From: a bacterium
GTDB taxonomy: Bacteria; Spirochaetota; Spirochaetia; Treponematales; UBA12059
Assembly (NCBI GenBank): GCA_035530295.1
Contig: DATKVB010000009.1
Span: forward strand, 13,587-77,586
DNA length: 64,000 nucleotides
Reading direction: 5' to 3'
A program made the position numbers and the translations under genes. Of this stretch, positions 37,121-46,718 are shown piece after piece. Within the stretch, counting starts at the first letter, position 1, and each line of letters starts with the position of its first letter. Under the pieces are notes generated by a model that was given only the letters and a program-made list of their open reading frames with translations, ran no database searches and was not told the origin of the DNA.

Positions 37121-38454
37121 TAAAAAAAATACTGATATGCGATGACGAGGCGAACGTCCGGGTCTTCCTCAAGGATCTGCTGGTGCTTGAGGGCTTTTCC
37201 GTTGTGGAGGCCGAAAGCGGTGCGACCGCCCTCGATTCAGTTGCCAGGGACAAACCTGATCTATGCATCCTCGATCTGATGCTGCCCGATTGCAACGGCG
37301 TTGAGCTGCTTCCCAGGCTCAAGGCAGCCAGCCCGTCGCTGGCGGTCATCGTTATCACAGCGCTCGGAACCATAGACAACGCGGTGCTCTCGATGAAAGC
37401 CGGAGCCTACGACTTCATAACCAAGCCGTTCGATGTCGATACCATCCTGATGTCCGTGAAGCGGGCTTTGGACTTCATCGTGGTCAGCCGTGAAAACACG
37501 GTGCTATGGAATCTGCACAAGAATCGCATCTACTTTGAGGACTTCATAGGCGACTGCCAGCAGATCCAGGCGATCCGGAGCCTTATACCCAAGCTGGCCT
37601 ATGCCGACGTACCAATATTGATTACCGGCGAGACAGGCACCGGCAAGAATGTTCTGGCCAAGCAGATTCACTTCACGCTGTCCGCCGCGGAGGCGCCACT
37701 GATCTATGTCAATTGTTCAAGCATTCCGGCCACGTTGTTCGAGTCGGAGCTCTTTGGCCACGAGAAGGGCAGTTTTACCGGAGCCGCCAGCCAGAAGAAG
37801 GGGCGCGTCGAACTTGCCCACGGCGGGACTCTGCTTCTGGACGAGATAACCGAGATACCGTTTGAAATTCAGGCCAAGCTTCTGGACTTTCTACAGGAGC
37901 GCACGTTCTATCGTGTCGGCGGCGTCACCCCCGTAACCGTTGACATCCGCATCATAGCCCTGACCAACAAGAACCTGCAGGAAGAGATTAAATCAGGCAA
38001 ATTCCGCAAGGATCTGTACTACAGGCTCAATGTGATCCACTTCAACATTCCTCCGCTACGCGAGCGCGGTGCCGACGTCATCCTGATATCCGAGTACCTG
38101 CTGTCGCTGTTGCGGCGCAAGTACAACAGCTCGACGATACGCATCAGCGAGCAAGCCATCGGCCTCATTCGGGCCTACGCCTGGCCAGGCAACGTACGTG
38201 AGCTCAAGAACGCCCTGGAACGGGCCTTCATCTGCGCCGATGGCGATGTGATAGAGGCCAACGCCCTGAATCTGGAGGAGCAGGAACACGGTGTGGTCAA
38301 GCGCAGGATAAAGGACATGATAGACGAATTCGAGCGCGACGTGATACTCAGGCGCCTGTCATTCTTCAAGGGTAGCCGCACCCAGACCGCCCAGGACCTC
38401 GGCATATCGATTCGGAACCTGCAATACAAGCTGGAGAAGTACGATATCCGGTAA
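37117..38454 (+). CDS. sigma-54-dependent response regulator (NtrC/AtoC family)
   Basis: Receiver domain, AAA+ Walker A GETGTGKN, sigma-54 contact loop GSFTGA and a C-terminal HTH (TQTAQDLGISIRNLQYKL). ATGA overlap with the kinase gene. Confidence 0.9.
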   Translation: MIKKILICDDEANVRVFLKDLLVLEGFSVVEAESGATALDSVARDKPDLCILDLMLPDCNGVELLPRLKAASPSLAVIVITALGTIDNAVLSMKAGAYDFITKPFDVDTILMSVKRALDFIVVSRENTVLWNLHKNRIYFEDFIGDCQQIQAIRSLIPKLAYADVPILITGETGTGKNVLAKQIHFTLSAAEAPLIYVNCSSIPATLFESELFGHEKGSFTGAASQKKGRVELAHGGTLLLDEITEIPFEIQAKLLDFLQERTFYRVGGVTPVTVDIRIIALTNKNLQEEIKSGKFRKDLYYRLNVIHFNIPPLRERGADVILISEYLLSLLRRKYNSSTIRISEQAIGLIRAYAWPGNVRELKNALERAFICADGDVIEANALNLEEQEHGVVKRRIKDMIDEFERDVILRRLSFFKGSRTQTAQDLGISIRNLQYKLEKYDIR

Positions 38455-38582
38455 TGGCCGCGCGCTTGGCGGTACGCAACAAATTGCATACGACATGCTG
38501 GAATTTGCACCATGCAGAGCGGAATCTTGCGCGGAATTCTCATGAAAGCGGGTCCAAGCGGCCCCTGAGGCAGATCCGGGCT

Positions 38583-38598
38583 TGGCACGCTTCCTGCT
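38583..38598 (+). promoter_or_regulatory. sigma-54 (-24/-12) promoter upstream of atoE-like gene
   Basis: TGGCACgcttcCTGCT has GG and GC at the canonical spacing of TGGCAC-N5-TTGCW. It lies about 35 nt upstream of the atoE-like ATG and directly downstream of a sigma-54 activator gene. Confidence 0.65.
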
Positions 38599-38631
38599 TT
38601 AATGTTGTCACTATCGCAACAGGAGGCATGT

Positions 38632-39966
38632 ATGATTAGAGCCCTGGGAAATTTCTTTACAAAGATTGCCAAACGATGGCTGGCTGACGCGTTCGTCTTT
38701 GCCATCGTATTGACCATCATCGTCTACGCGCTGGGTATGATTATCCAGAAGACATCGTTCCTTGATATGGCCACGTACTGGGGCGGCGGCATGTGGAGCC
38801 TCCTCGGCTTCTCCATGCAGATGGTGCTGGTCCTGGTCACCGGTAGCGCCCTGGCCATTTCAAAGCCCGTGCACCGCGTTCTCGTTTCCATCGCCAAGGC
38901 AGCCTACACTCCGGCCAGGGCGATCATCATCGTGACCGTGGTCGCGTTGCTGGGCAACTGGCTGAACTGGGGCTTTGGCCTTATTGTCAGCGCCATACTT
39001 GCCAAGGAAATAGCCAAGGCCAACAAGGGCATCCACTACCCATTGCTGGTCGCCAGCGCCTATTCTGGCTTCATCATCTGGCATTCTGGTCTATCCGGCT
39101 CGATTCCGCTGTCCATAGCCGCCAAGACGCCGGTAATGGAGAAGTTCGCCCACGGCGCCATCGTGCCGACAGGCGAGACCATCTTTTCCGTGCAGACACT
39201 GGCCATCGTCGTGGTCCTCGTCATCAGCATCCCGATCATCAACATGCTGATGCACCCCAAGAAGCAGGAAGAGATAGTGGAGGTCAACCCGCTGGCCTTT
39301 GCTGATGATGACAAGGATGATGTGCCGGTCAAGGCGCGCAAGGACATGACCCCTGCCGAGAGGCAGGAGAATTCGATGGTCCTTGCTCTGATCATCGTGG
39401 TTGTCGGCCTGGTGTATACGGTTCGCTTCTTCGTCAAGGGTGGGTCGCTGAGTCTGGACGTAGTCAACTTCATCTTCCTGATACTCGGGCTTCTCTTCCA
39501 TAGGACTCCGATAGCGTATGTCAAGGCGGTGGACAAGTCGGTACGGACCTGCGGCGGCATTGTGCTGCAGTTCCCGTTCTACGCCGGCATCATGGGCATG
39601 ATGGTTAGCTCGGGGCTTGCCGCGACATTGTCAAACTGGTTTGTCAGCATCTCCACGCCCAAGACATTCCAGCTGTTCACGTATTACGCGGCCGGTATCG
39701 TCAACATGTTCGTGCCATCCGGTGGCGGCCAGTGGGCGGTCCAGGGCCCGATCATGATGCCGGCAGCGGAAGCGCTCGGCGTTTCCTACGGCCGTGCCGC
39801 GATGGGCATAGCATGGGGCGACGCGTGGACCAACATGATCCAGCCGTTCTGGGCCCTGCCGCTCCTGGCCGTGGCCAAACTGAACATCAAGGACATCATG
39901 GGATACACCACGGTCATCCTGCTGTGGGCGGGCATCATCACGTCACTTGGCTTGCTGTTCCTCTGA
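38632..39966 (+). CDS. atoE: short-chain fatty acid transporter AtoE family
   Basis: ATG at 38632 after AGGAGG. Colinear with E. coli AtoE, sharing FFTKIAKRWLADAFVFAIVLT, VLQFPFYAGI, PSGGGQW and QPFWALPLLA. Confidence 0.8.
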   Translation: MIRALGNFFTKIAKRWLADAFVFAIVLTIIVYALGMIIQKTSFLDMATYWGGGMWSLLGFSMQMVLVLVTGSALAISKPVHRVLVSIAKAAYTPARAIIIVTVVALLGNWLNWGFGLIVSAILAKEIAKANKGIHYPLLVASAYSGFIIWHSGLSGSIPLSIAAKTPVMEKFAHGAIVPTGETIFSVQTLAIVVVLVISIPIINMLMHPKKQEEIVEVNPLAFADDDKDDVPVKARKDMTPAERQENSMVLALIIVVVGLVYTVRFFVKGGSLSLDVVNFIFLILGLLFHRTPIAYVKAVDKSVRTCGGIVLQFPFYAGIMGMMVSSGLAATLSNWFVSISTPKTFQLFTYYAAGIVNMFVPSGGGQWAVQGPIMMPAAEALGVSYGRAAMGIAWGDAWTNMIQPFWALPLLAVAKLNIKDIMGYTTVILLWAGIITSLGLLFL

Positions 39967-39982
39967 TAGGCTAGACTGGCGG

Positions 39983-40020
39983 GCCCGCGATCCGGCTTAG
40001 GCCGGATCGCGGGCTTTTTT
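39983..40020 (+). terminator. rho-independent terminator (probably bidirectional)
   Basis: GCCCGCGATCCGGC-ttag-GCCGGATCGCGGGC followed by TTTTTT. It lies between the convergent atoE-like and plsC genes. Confidence 0.75.
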
Positions 40021-40730
40021 CATAGAGCGGACTGTATGGCCGAGAAGACCGTGCCGGCAAGCTGTTTCCTGCCTTCGGCGTCAAGCGTGTCGGTGCGCAC
40101 AGGCGGATGAACGGTAATGCGTATTTCCGCGGGCTCGATGCGGTTATGCGCCTCCCAGACCTTGTATGAGCCGTCTATCGTAACCGGTACTATGGTCGCG
40201 TTCGAGCGGGTGGCCAGCTTGAAACTGCCCTTGTGAAATGGCAGCATCGCGGGCCCGCGACTCCGGGTACCTTCCGGATAGATTACTATGGCATTGCCGC
40301 GCTCGATGCTCCTGACTCCACGGTCAATCGCGCGCATGCCGCGCCTGGGATTGCCCCGGTGGATGAAGGCGGAGCCTAGCGCGGCTATCCAGACATTGAT
40401 GAACGGGAACCACATTGCCTCGCTCTTGGCTATGAACCCGACAGGACGTGGCAGATAAGCCAGCATCAGCACGATATCGAGGTCTCCCTGATGGTTGGCC
40501 ACGAAACACACTCGTTCTTCCGCGGGCACGTGCTCCAAGCCGGTAATCGTCGCGCTGGCACCGATTCCCCAGAGTACCACTCTTCCCCAGGCTCTGGTAA
40601 AGTATCCCAGCGCCTGGCGCGTCTTGCGGCCCAAGCCGAGCGTATCGGTCAGCATATAGAGGAGTGCCAGTGGCGTAGACAGAGCCGCGCTGATCCATAC
40701 TCCTGATAGTACCAGTATCGTTCTGAGCAT
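40020..40730 (-). CDS. plsC: 1-acyl-sn-glycerol-3-phosphate acyltransferase
   Basis: ATG at 40730 after GGAGGA. HX4D motif NHQGDLD and the YPEGTRSRG block. Confidence 0.8.
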   Translation of the reverse strand: MLRTILVLSGVWISAALSTPLALLYMLTDTLGLGRKTRQALGYFTRAWGRVVLWGIGASATITGLEHVPAEERVCFVANHQGDLDIVLMLAYLPRPVGFIAKSEAMWFPFINVWIAALGSAFIHRGNPRRGMRAIDRGVRSIERGNAIVIYPEGTRSRGPAMLPFHKGSFKLATRSNATIVPVTIDGSYKVWEAHNRIEPAEIRITVHPPVRTDTLDAEGRKQLAGTVFSAIQSAL

Positions 40731-40828
40731 CGGAAAATCCTCCAACTCGCCGCGCCGAAGTAGCACGCGCATTCTCCCGAATTCAAGCGCGCATGCCAAG
40801 TCCTCTATGCAGTGGTCGCGACGATATA

Positions 40829-40857
40829 TTGGACTTGCGGGCTCGTTTGACTATACT
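40829..40857 (+). promoter_or_regulatory. sigma-70-like promoter candidate for the STAS gene
   Basis: TTGGAC, a 17-nt spacer, then TATACT, about 47 nt upstream of the ATG at 40905. Confidence 0.4.
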
Positions 40858-40904
40858 AGAGTCATGATTAAAGTTACCGTTGCCAATGCAAGAATGGGGT
40901 TGCC

Positions 40905-41279
40905 ATGATCGACTATTTTGCCCCATTCCGCGAACGTCATCCGGAGTCGTTCGCGCAGTACGATAGTCCGGAACGCCAGGGCGCGCCTGCCGTGCTTCGA
41001 ATATCGGGTGGCATCGATACCGAATCCGCCCGTGACTTTCTCGATTGCACGCTGGCGGCGCTCGCCGATCTCACCACGGGCACCGAACTGGTCATCCGGC
41101 TCGATGGCGTCCAGTACATATCCTCTGCGGGCGTCGGAGCCTTGGCCCGAATACTCGCAGAAGCGGAGACCCGAAAGATCAGCATGTGCTTCAAGGGCAT
41201 TTCTGCATCCTGCCGCGATGTATTCTCCGTGCTCGGACTCCTGCGCTACTTCAATGTCCAGGAATCCGAGACGGTCTAG
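40905..41279 (+). CDS. STAS-domain protein (anti-sigma-factor antagonist, SpoIIAA-like)
   Basis: 124-aa ORF with LDGVQYISSAGVGALARIL, which includes the conserved phospho-Ser context. Confidence 0.7.
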   Translation: MIDYFAPFRERHPESFAQYDSPERQGAPAVLRISGGIDTESARDFLDCTLAALADLTTGTELVIRLDGVQYISSAGVGALARILAEAETRKISMCFKGISASCRDVFSVLGLLRYFNVQESETV

Positions 41280-41302
41280 CAATCAGAAGCCAGGCAGAAG
41301 TC

Positions 41303-42403
41303 CTAATCAGCGCCTCCAGGCAGCAATCTGACGCGGTCCTCGTTGAATGATACCGAAACGCGTTCGCCCTCTGCGGCGACACGCTTGCCAGCTGGGTCAT
41401 CAATCTGCACAAGCAGCTCTCCGTATTCGGTGGTGACGAACGACTCGACGCTCGAACCCAGGTACACATTCTGACGTACGGTGCCGTCGACCACGCCTGA
41501 ATCCGGGGCGCCAAGCCTGAGCGATTCCGGTCTGGCCATCAGCATCGCCGGCTTGCCTGCCTCGAGGCCCGCGACACCCGAGCCTGCACGCACCTGTTTG
41601 CCATGAATTGCGCAGACATATCTGCCATCCTCGGTGCCCTTGAACTCCGCCGGAAAGAACGCCACCTTGCCGACAAAGCCCGCCACGAACATGGAATCGG
41701 GCTTCTCGTATATTGTGTTTGGCGATCCTATCTGCCTGATCCGGCCGTCCTTCATCACGATGACGCGATCCGACAGGCTCATTGCCTCGACCCGGTCGTG
41801 GGTTACGTAGACAGCCGTGATGCCCAGCGATTTCTGTATGCGGCGAATTTCCACGCGCATCTGCTCGCGCAGCAGCGCGTCAAGATTTGACAGCGGTTCG
41901 TCGAGCAACAACACGCCCGGCTCTACAACGAGGCTGCGTGAAAGGGCGACACGCTGCTGCTGGCCGCCTGATAGCCTTCCCGGAGACCGATCGGCATAGT
42001 CGGCCAGGCCCGTCAGAGCCAGAGCCTCTTGAACCCGCTCATCGATCTCTGATTTTGGCAGCCTGCGTATGCGCAGCCCATAGGCCACGTTTTCTGCCAC
42101 GTTCATGTGCGGAAACAGGCCATAGCTCTGGAACACGGTTGCCGTATCGCGCTTGTTGGGCGGCAGCGCGCTGACGTCCTCTCCGCCTATCCGTATGGCG
42201 CCCTTGGTGGGCAGATCGAAGCCCGCTATCATTCTGAGCGTCGTCGTCTTGCCGCATCCCGACGGGCCGAGCAGGGTGACAAGCTCGCCGGGGTTGACGA
42301 CGAAGCTCGCGTCGTCGACGGCAACGACGTCCGCTCGTCCCTTGATGTTCCTGTATATCCTGGTGACGTGGTCAATCGTTACCGCTACCGGTTCTTTAGC
42401 CAT
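41303..42403 (-). CDS. ABC transporter ATP-binding protein (FbpC/PotA-like)
   Basis: Walker A GPSGCGKTT, signature LSGGQQQR, Walker B LLLDEP and a C-terminal TOBE-like region. Confidence 0.9.
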   Translation of the reverse strand: MAKEPVAVTIDHVTRIYRNIKGRADVVAVDDASFVVNPGELVTLLGPSGCGKTTTLRMIAGFDLPTKGAIRIGGEDVSALPPNKRDTATVFQSYGLFPHMNVAENVAYGLRIRRLPKSEIDERVQEALALTGLADYADRSPGRLSGGQQQRVALSRSLVVEPGVLLLDEPLSNLDALLREQMRVEIRRIQKSLGITAVYVTHDRVEAMSLSDRVIVMKDGRIRQIGSPNTIYEKPDSMFVAGFVGKVAFFPAEFKGTEDGRYVCAIHGKQVRAGSGVAGLEAGKPAMLMARPESLRLGAPDSGVVDGTVRQNVYLGSSVESFVTTEYGELLVQIDDPAGKRVAAEGERVSVSFNEDRVRLLPGGAD

Positions 42404-42415
42404 GGTACGCTCCGC

Positions 42416-44617
42416 CTATCGAGTCATCGATTTGTCAAACGCTCCCGTGTCGCGCACGAGGAGCCTCATGATGCCAAAGGCACTCATGACTATGATGATC
42501 AGCGTGGTCGCGAGTACGCTCGCGAGGCCGAATCGCAGGTTTTCCGAGAAGTTGTAAATCAGTACGGTCATGTGGTACCAGCGCGCCGATATCAGGAATA
42601 TGACGGCGCTGACCGCCGTCATCGACCGCACAAAGGTATAGGACATGCTCGATATGAAGGCGGGCCTGATCAGCGGCAGCACGATGCTCCTGAACACCAT
42701 GCCTTCGTCGGCGCCAAGGTCGCGCGCGGCTTCTTCTATCGATGGATCGATCTGCCGCAGCGAGGCGACCCCCGACTCGATGCCGACTGGCAGTTCTCTG
42801 ATTACGTAATTGATCACGATGATGGCGCCGGTGCCGACCAAGAGGATCGGTGCCTTGTTGAAGGCCAGGATATAGGCGATGCCCAAGAGTGTTCCTGGCA
42901 CGGCGAACGGTGTCATCATGATTGCCTCGAGTACGCGTCTGCCCGCGAAGCTCTTGCGTACGAATATCACCGCCGATGCCATGGCCAGGAGGCCCGCCAC
43001 CGGCGTCGCAAGCACGGCCAGCGTAAATGTCGATCGAATGGCGTCCTTGCCGCGCGACAGCGCCTCTCCGATGTTGGCCAGCGTAAAGCTGTAGTCGATA
43101 CCCCAGTTCTTTACGAAGCATCCCGCGACAATGGTGCCGTAGAGGGACAGCACGAACGCGACTATCAGCCATACACCAACGGTCAGCGCGGCCTTGACCG
43201 GAGGAGAGGCGATCTCGACAAGCTTGAGGTTTGGCTTGCCGGTAACGGTTATGAACGATCGCTTGGATACCCAGTTGCGCTGGATGAAGAACGCTGTCAG
43301 GGTCGGCAACAGCAGCAGCAGTGACAGTGCGGCGCCGCCTCCCAGGTCGTTGCGTCCGGTTACCTGGATGTACGCCTCTACCGAGAGCACCCGGTAGTTG
43401 CCGGCCAGAAGCAGCGGGTTGGCAAAGTCCGCCAGCGAATTGGTAAACACGAGCAGCCACGCGGACAGGATGCCAGGAATCGCGAGCGGCAGCGTTACGG
43501 TGCGGAACACCTCACCGCGGCTGGCGTTCAGGTCAAGCGCGGCTTCTTCGAGCGTCGCGTCGAGCCCCTGCAGTACACCGGCCAGCGTAAGGTACGCTAT
43601 CGGGAACATGCCGATGGTCTGCACCAGCACGAGGCCGCCCAGGCCATATATGGAAAAATTCTGCAAGCCGAACAATTGCTTGGTAATGAGTCCATTGTTG
43701 CCGGCCAGCAATATTATTGACAGCGTAAGCGAGAATGGCGGTGATATAACGGGAAGCTGGGCTATCGCCGACAGGAATTTTTTACCGCCGGCACTGGTCC
43801 TGTGAATCACGAAGGCGAACAGGAATCCCACCAGCGTCGATGTCGTTGCCGTCCATATCCCCAGCCTGACGGATCCCCAGAGCGCCTGCAGATGGGCGCC
43901 GGACAGGGCATCGGCCCAGAGCGCCAGAGAGAACTTGTCTTCGTACAGGAATGACAGCCTGAAGGCTTCGGCAAGAGGATACACGATGAATATCAAGGAA
44001 ATCGCCGCGAGTATGACCACCGCGTAGCCCACGGTCGTATCGCGCGTGAAGCGCGCTATGCCCGAGAGGGCGGCGAATAGCACAAATGCGCCAATCGCGA
44101 ATGTGAGCAGCAGGCGCTCGATTCCGGAATCGGCAGTCTCCGGTACCATGAACACGGCGATGGCAAGCAACTCGCTCTTGGCGTCGTCGGTAATCGGCGC
44201 ATAGAACAACCGTATAGGCGTCTCGCCGAGCCGTGCCCTTGCCGGTGAGGCATAGTTTTCAAAATAGTACGCCGATTCAAGCCCCTTCTTCGCGTCGGGC
44301 GTGGATCCCAGCGTATCCCAGAGCGACAAGGCGCCTTCATCTATGGCGTGCGCCTCGTACACATCGGGATCCGCCTCCGAAGGAACAAGGTATACCGCCG
44401 AGCCGCCTGGCAGGGATTCGTCGACAGCCTTGAGCCACTCATCGGTCAGTTCCGGGTCAGCTGGCGCACTCCCGGCTAGCAGATCAAGCGCATGGGTGCG
44501 GGTTGTCGCCGCACTGGCGCGTACCGATGAGCGCAACGTCGTGAATATCCACAGATCCGCGGCCGCGAAGACCGTCAAAACCATGAGAAATTTAAGAACC
44601 TTATCCTTGGTAAACAC
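42416..44617 (-). CDS. ABC transporter permease, duplicated (FbpB-like)
   Basis: 733-aa protein containing two BPD-type permease modules, as in Fe(III) transport permeases. Confidence 0.8.
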   Translation of the reverse strand: MFTKDKVLKFLMVLTVFAAADLWIFTTLRSSVRASAATTRTHALDLLAGSAPADPELTDEWLKAVDESLPGGSAVYLVPSEADPDVYEAHAIDEGALSLWDTLGSTPDAKKGLESAYYFENYASPARARLGETPIRLFYAPITDDAKSELLAIAVFMVPETADSGIERLLLTFAIGAFVLFAALSGIARFTRDTTVGYAVVILAAISLIFIVYPLAEAFRLSFLYEDKFSLALWADALSGAHLQALWGSVRLGIWTATTSTLVGFLFAFVIHRTSAGGKKFLSAIAQLPVISPPFSLTLSIILLAGNNGLITKQLFGLQNFSIYGLGGLVLVQTIGMFPIAYLTLAGVLQGLDATLEEAALDLNASRGEVFRTVTLPLAIPGILSAWLLVFTNSLADFANPLLLAGNYRVLSVEAYIQVTGRNDLGGGAALSLLLLLPTLTAFFIQRNWVSKRSFITVTGKPNLKLVEIASPPVKAALTVGVWLIVAFVLSLYGTIVAGCFVKNWGIDYSFTLANIGEALSRGKDAIRSTFTLAVLATPVAGLLAMASAVIFVRKSFAGRRVLEAIMMTPFAVPGTLLGIAYILAFNKAPILLVGTGAIIVINYVIRELPVGIESGVASLRQIDPSIEEAARDLGADEGMVFRSIVLPLIRPAFISSMSYTFVRSMTAVSAVIFLISARWYHMTVLIYNFSENLRFGLASVLATTLIIIVMSAFGIMRLLVRDTGAFDKSMTR

Positions 44618-44710
44618 GGCGGACTCCGGGATTGGAACGGTTGATGTCGAGGATGGTCTGGTTCCGGCACAAACCGGCCGCGATGCGCGGCCGGCTCATG
44701 TCCCTTGCAA

Positions 44711-45718
44711 TTATCGCTTGTTGCCTATCTCGGTGTCCCAGCGCTTCAGGAGCCGCGCCTTGTTTTCCGGCGCGCCATCCCAGGCAAAGTCCTGCTTCAC
44801 CGTCTTGATGTCCTTGATGGACAGCGCGAACTCATGCTTGACCGCACCGGCCGCGACGAGCACGACATAGTAGTTCACAAATTCCTTCTGGGCGGTCGGG
44901 CTCGACAGAATCCAGTCATAGAGCTTCTTGGCGTTGACAGAATCCTTGCCACCGGCGACCAGCGACATCGACGCCAGCTCGTACCCGGTGCCTTCACTCG
45001 GGGCATAGAACACCACAGGGGCGCCTTCAACCTTGAGCTTGACCTGGTCATGCGCGTAGCCGATAGCTACTGGAATCTCACCGATCGCGACGCTCTTGCC
45101 TGGCGCCGATCCCGACTTGGTGTACTGGTCGATATTGGCGTCGAGCTTTTTCAGATAGTCGAAGACCTTGTCCTCGTTACCCTTGTAGATATAGCGCAAC
45201 GTGGTGATCACATTGTAGGCGGTGCCCGACGTGTTCGGGTTGGCCATGCGAATCATGCCCTTGTATTCCGGCTTGATAAGGTCGGCCCAGCTGGTCGGCG
45301 GCTTGATGCCAAGCTCGGCGGCGCGCTTGGTGTTGGTTACGAAGGTCAGCGGACCAACATACAATCCTACCCAGTAGCCGTCCTTGTCCTTGAACTCGGC
45401 GGCCGTCTTGCTGGCGGCGCGTGACTTGTACGGCGTGGTCAGGCCCATGCCCTTGGCGGTGATATGATCGAGGCCGACGCCACCGACCCATATCGAGGCC
45501 TGCGGATTGGCCTTTTCGGCTTGAAGCCGGGCCACAACCTCGCCGCCGGACAGCCGCACGAAGCTGACCTTGATGCCGGTTTCCGCTTCGAACTTCTCGA
45601 AGAGCGCCTTCGCGAGCGGCTCCTCGAGCGTGGTGTACGCGCTGACCGTCTGCTGCTGCGCCATCGCGAATGACGCGGCGAATGCGACGAGCGCTAGAAC
45701 CAATACTGAACGCTTCAT
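44711..45718 (-). CDS. ABC transporter periplasmic substrate-binding protein (Fe(III)/FbpA-like family 1 SBP)
   Basis: ATG at 45718 after GGAGGA. Signal peptide MKRSVLVLALVAFAASFAMA and an SBP family 1 pattern. Confidence 0.8.
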   Translation of the reverse strand: MKRSVLVLALVAFAASFAMAQQQTVSAYTTLEEPLAKALFEKFEAETGIKVSFVRLSGGEVVARLQAEKANPQASIWVGGVGLDHITAKGMGLTTPYKSRAASKTAAEFKDKDGYWVGLYVGPLTFVTNTKRAAELGIKPPTSWADLIKPEYKGMIRMANPNTSGTAYNVITTLRYIYKGNEDKVFDYLKKLDANIDQYTKSGSAPGKSVAIGEIPVAIGYAHDQVKLKVEGAPVVFYAPSEGTGYELASMSLVAGGKDSVNAKKLYDWILSSPTAQKEFVNYYVVLVAAGAVKHEFALSIKDIKTVKQDFAWDGAPENKARLLKRWDTEIGNKR

Positions 45719-45761
45719 AATTCCTCCGTACGCGGGTACGGTATGCCCGCATGTTTTTAAT

Positions 45762-45790
45762 ATTCTAGGCCCGCTGCATCGAATGCGCAA
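45762..45790 (-). promoter_or_regulatory. sigma-70-like promoter candidate for the Fe(III)-type ABC operon
   Basis: On the minus strand: TTGCGC, a 17-nt spacer, then TAGAAT, about 45 nt upstream of the ATG at 45718. Confidence 0.4.
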
Positions 45791-45912
45791 ATCAATAAAG
45801 GTTTGAAAACGCGATCTAGCGTTTGAAATTCCGGTAGCCTCGCCGGCCTTCTGTACAGCCTGGCGCGCGCTGGCATATTCTTTATGGAGCGGATCAAGGC
45901 AAGAGGAGCAGG

Positions 45913-46683
45913 ATGAAGGACGACGACAGGAATATCATGATTGTGGTCGCGTATGACGGCACCGAATTTCAGGGCTGGCAGCGGCTCGGGGGCGGCGCGC
46001 GTACCGTCCAGAAGACGCTGGAGGATGCGCTGTCACGCGCGCTTGCCGGCAGCATAAACGTGGTGGGCTCCGGTCGAACAGACGCCGGCGTGCATGCCGA
46101 CGGACAGGCCGCCAATTTCTGGACAACGTCGAGCATGCCGCTCGACACCATGGTGAGCCGGCTCAACGATGTACTGCCACGGGATCTTGTCTGTGTCTCT
46201 GCCCATGCGATGGTGCCGTCGTTCCACGCCCGCTACCGCGCCGTGTCCAAGATCTATGCCTACCGCTTTCATGACGGCCTCGTCCGTGATCCATTCCTGG
46301 TTCGCTGGACGCTTCACGCGCCCGCGCACCTGGACGACCAAGCGATGCGTGCGGCCTGTGCCGCGCTGACCGGCCAGCGCGACTTCTCTGCGCTCTGCAA
46401 TGCCAAGGAAGACGCGCGCGGCTTCGTCCGGAACCTGGTCTCCGCCACCGTTGAGCGGCGCGGCGACCTCGTCGAGGTGGCCTTCATCGCCGATGGCTTC
46501 CTGTACAACCAGGCCCGCGTGATGGCCGCCTGCCTCTATGAGGCAGGATTGAGGCGGATGACTCCTGCCCGCCTCGCGTCGCTGGTCGAATCGCGCGACA
46601 GGAGCGCCGCACCCGGGGCGCTTGGCGCCTACGGACTCAGGCTGGTGAAGGTGGAATACAGGGAAGAGGACTTCATACGCTGA
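45913..46683 (+). CDS. truA: tRNA pseudouridine(38-40) synthase TruA
   Basis: Contains VAYDGTEFQGWQ, the catalytic GSGRTDAGVHA and the C-terminal GLRLVKVEY. Confidence 0.9.
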   Translation: MKDDDRNIMIVVAYDGTEFQGWQRLGGGARTVQKTLEDALSRALAGSINVVGSGRTDAGVHADGQAANFWTTSSMPLDTMVSRLNDVLPRDLVCVSAHAMVPSFHARYRAVSKIYAYRFHDGLVRDPFLVRWTLHAPAHLDDQAMRAACAALTGQRDFSALCNAKEDARGFVRNLVSATVERRGDLVEVAFIADGFLYNQARVMAACLYEAGLRRMTPARLASLVESRDRSAAPGALGAYGLRLVKVEYREEDFIR

Positions 46684-46718
46684 TCCAGCCAGGCTCCAAT
46701 TGCCTTGATAAAGGACAC

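Noticed and set aside
42107-43324. 405-aa plus-strand ORF antisense to the ABC permease gene
   Set aside because: The sequence is Arg/His/Gly/Asp-rich low complexity with no motif. It lies opposite a well-supported duplicated permease gene and is a typical high-G+C shadow ORF.
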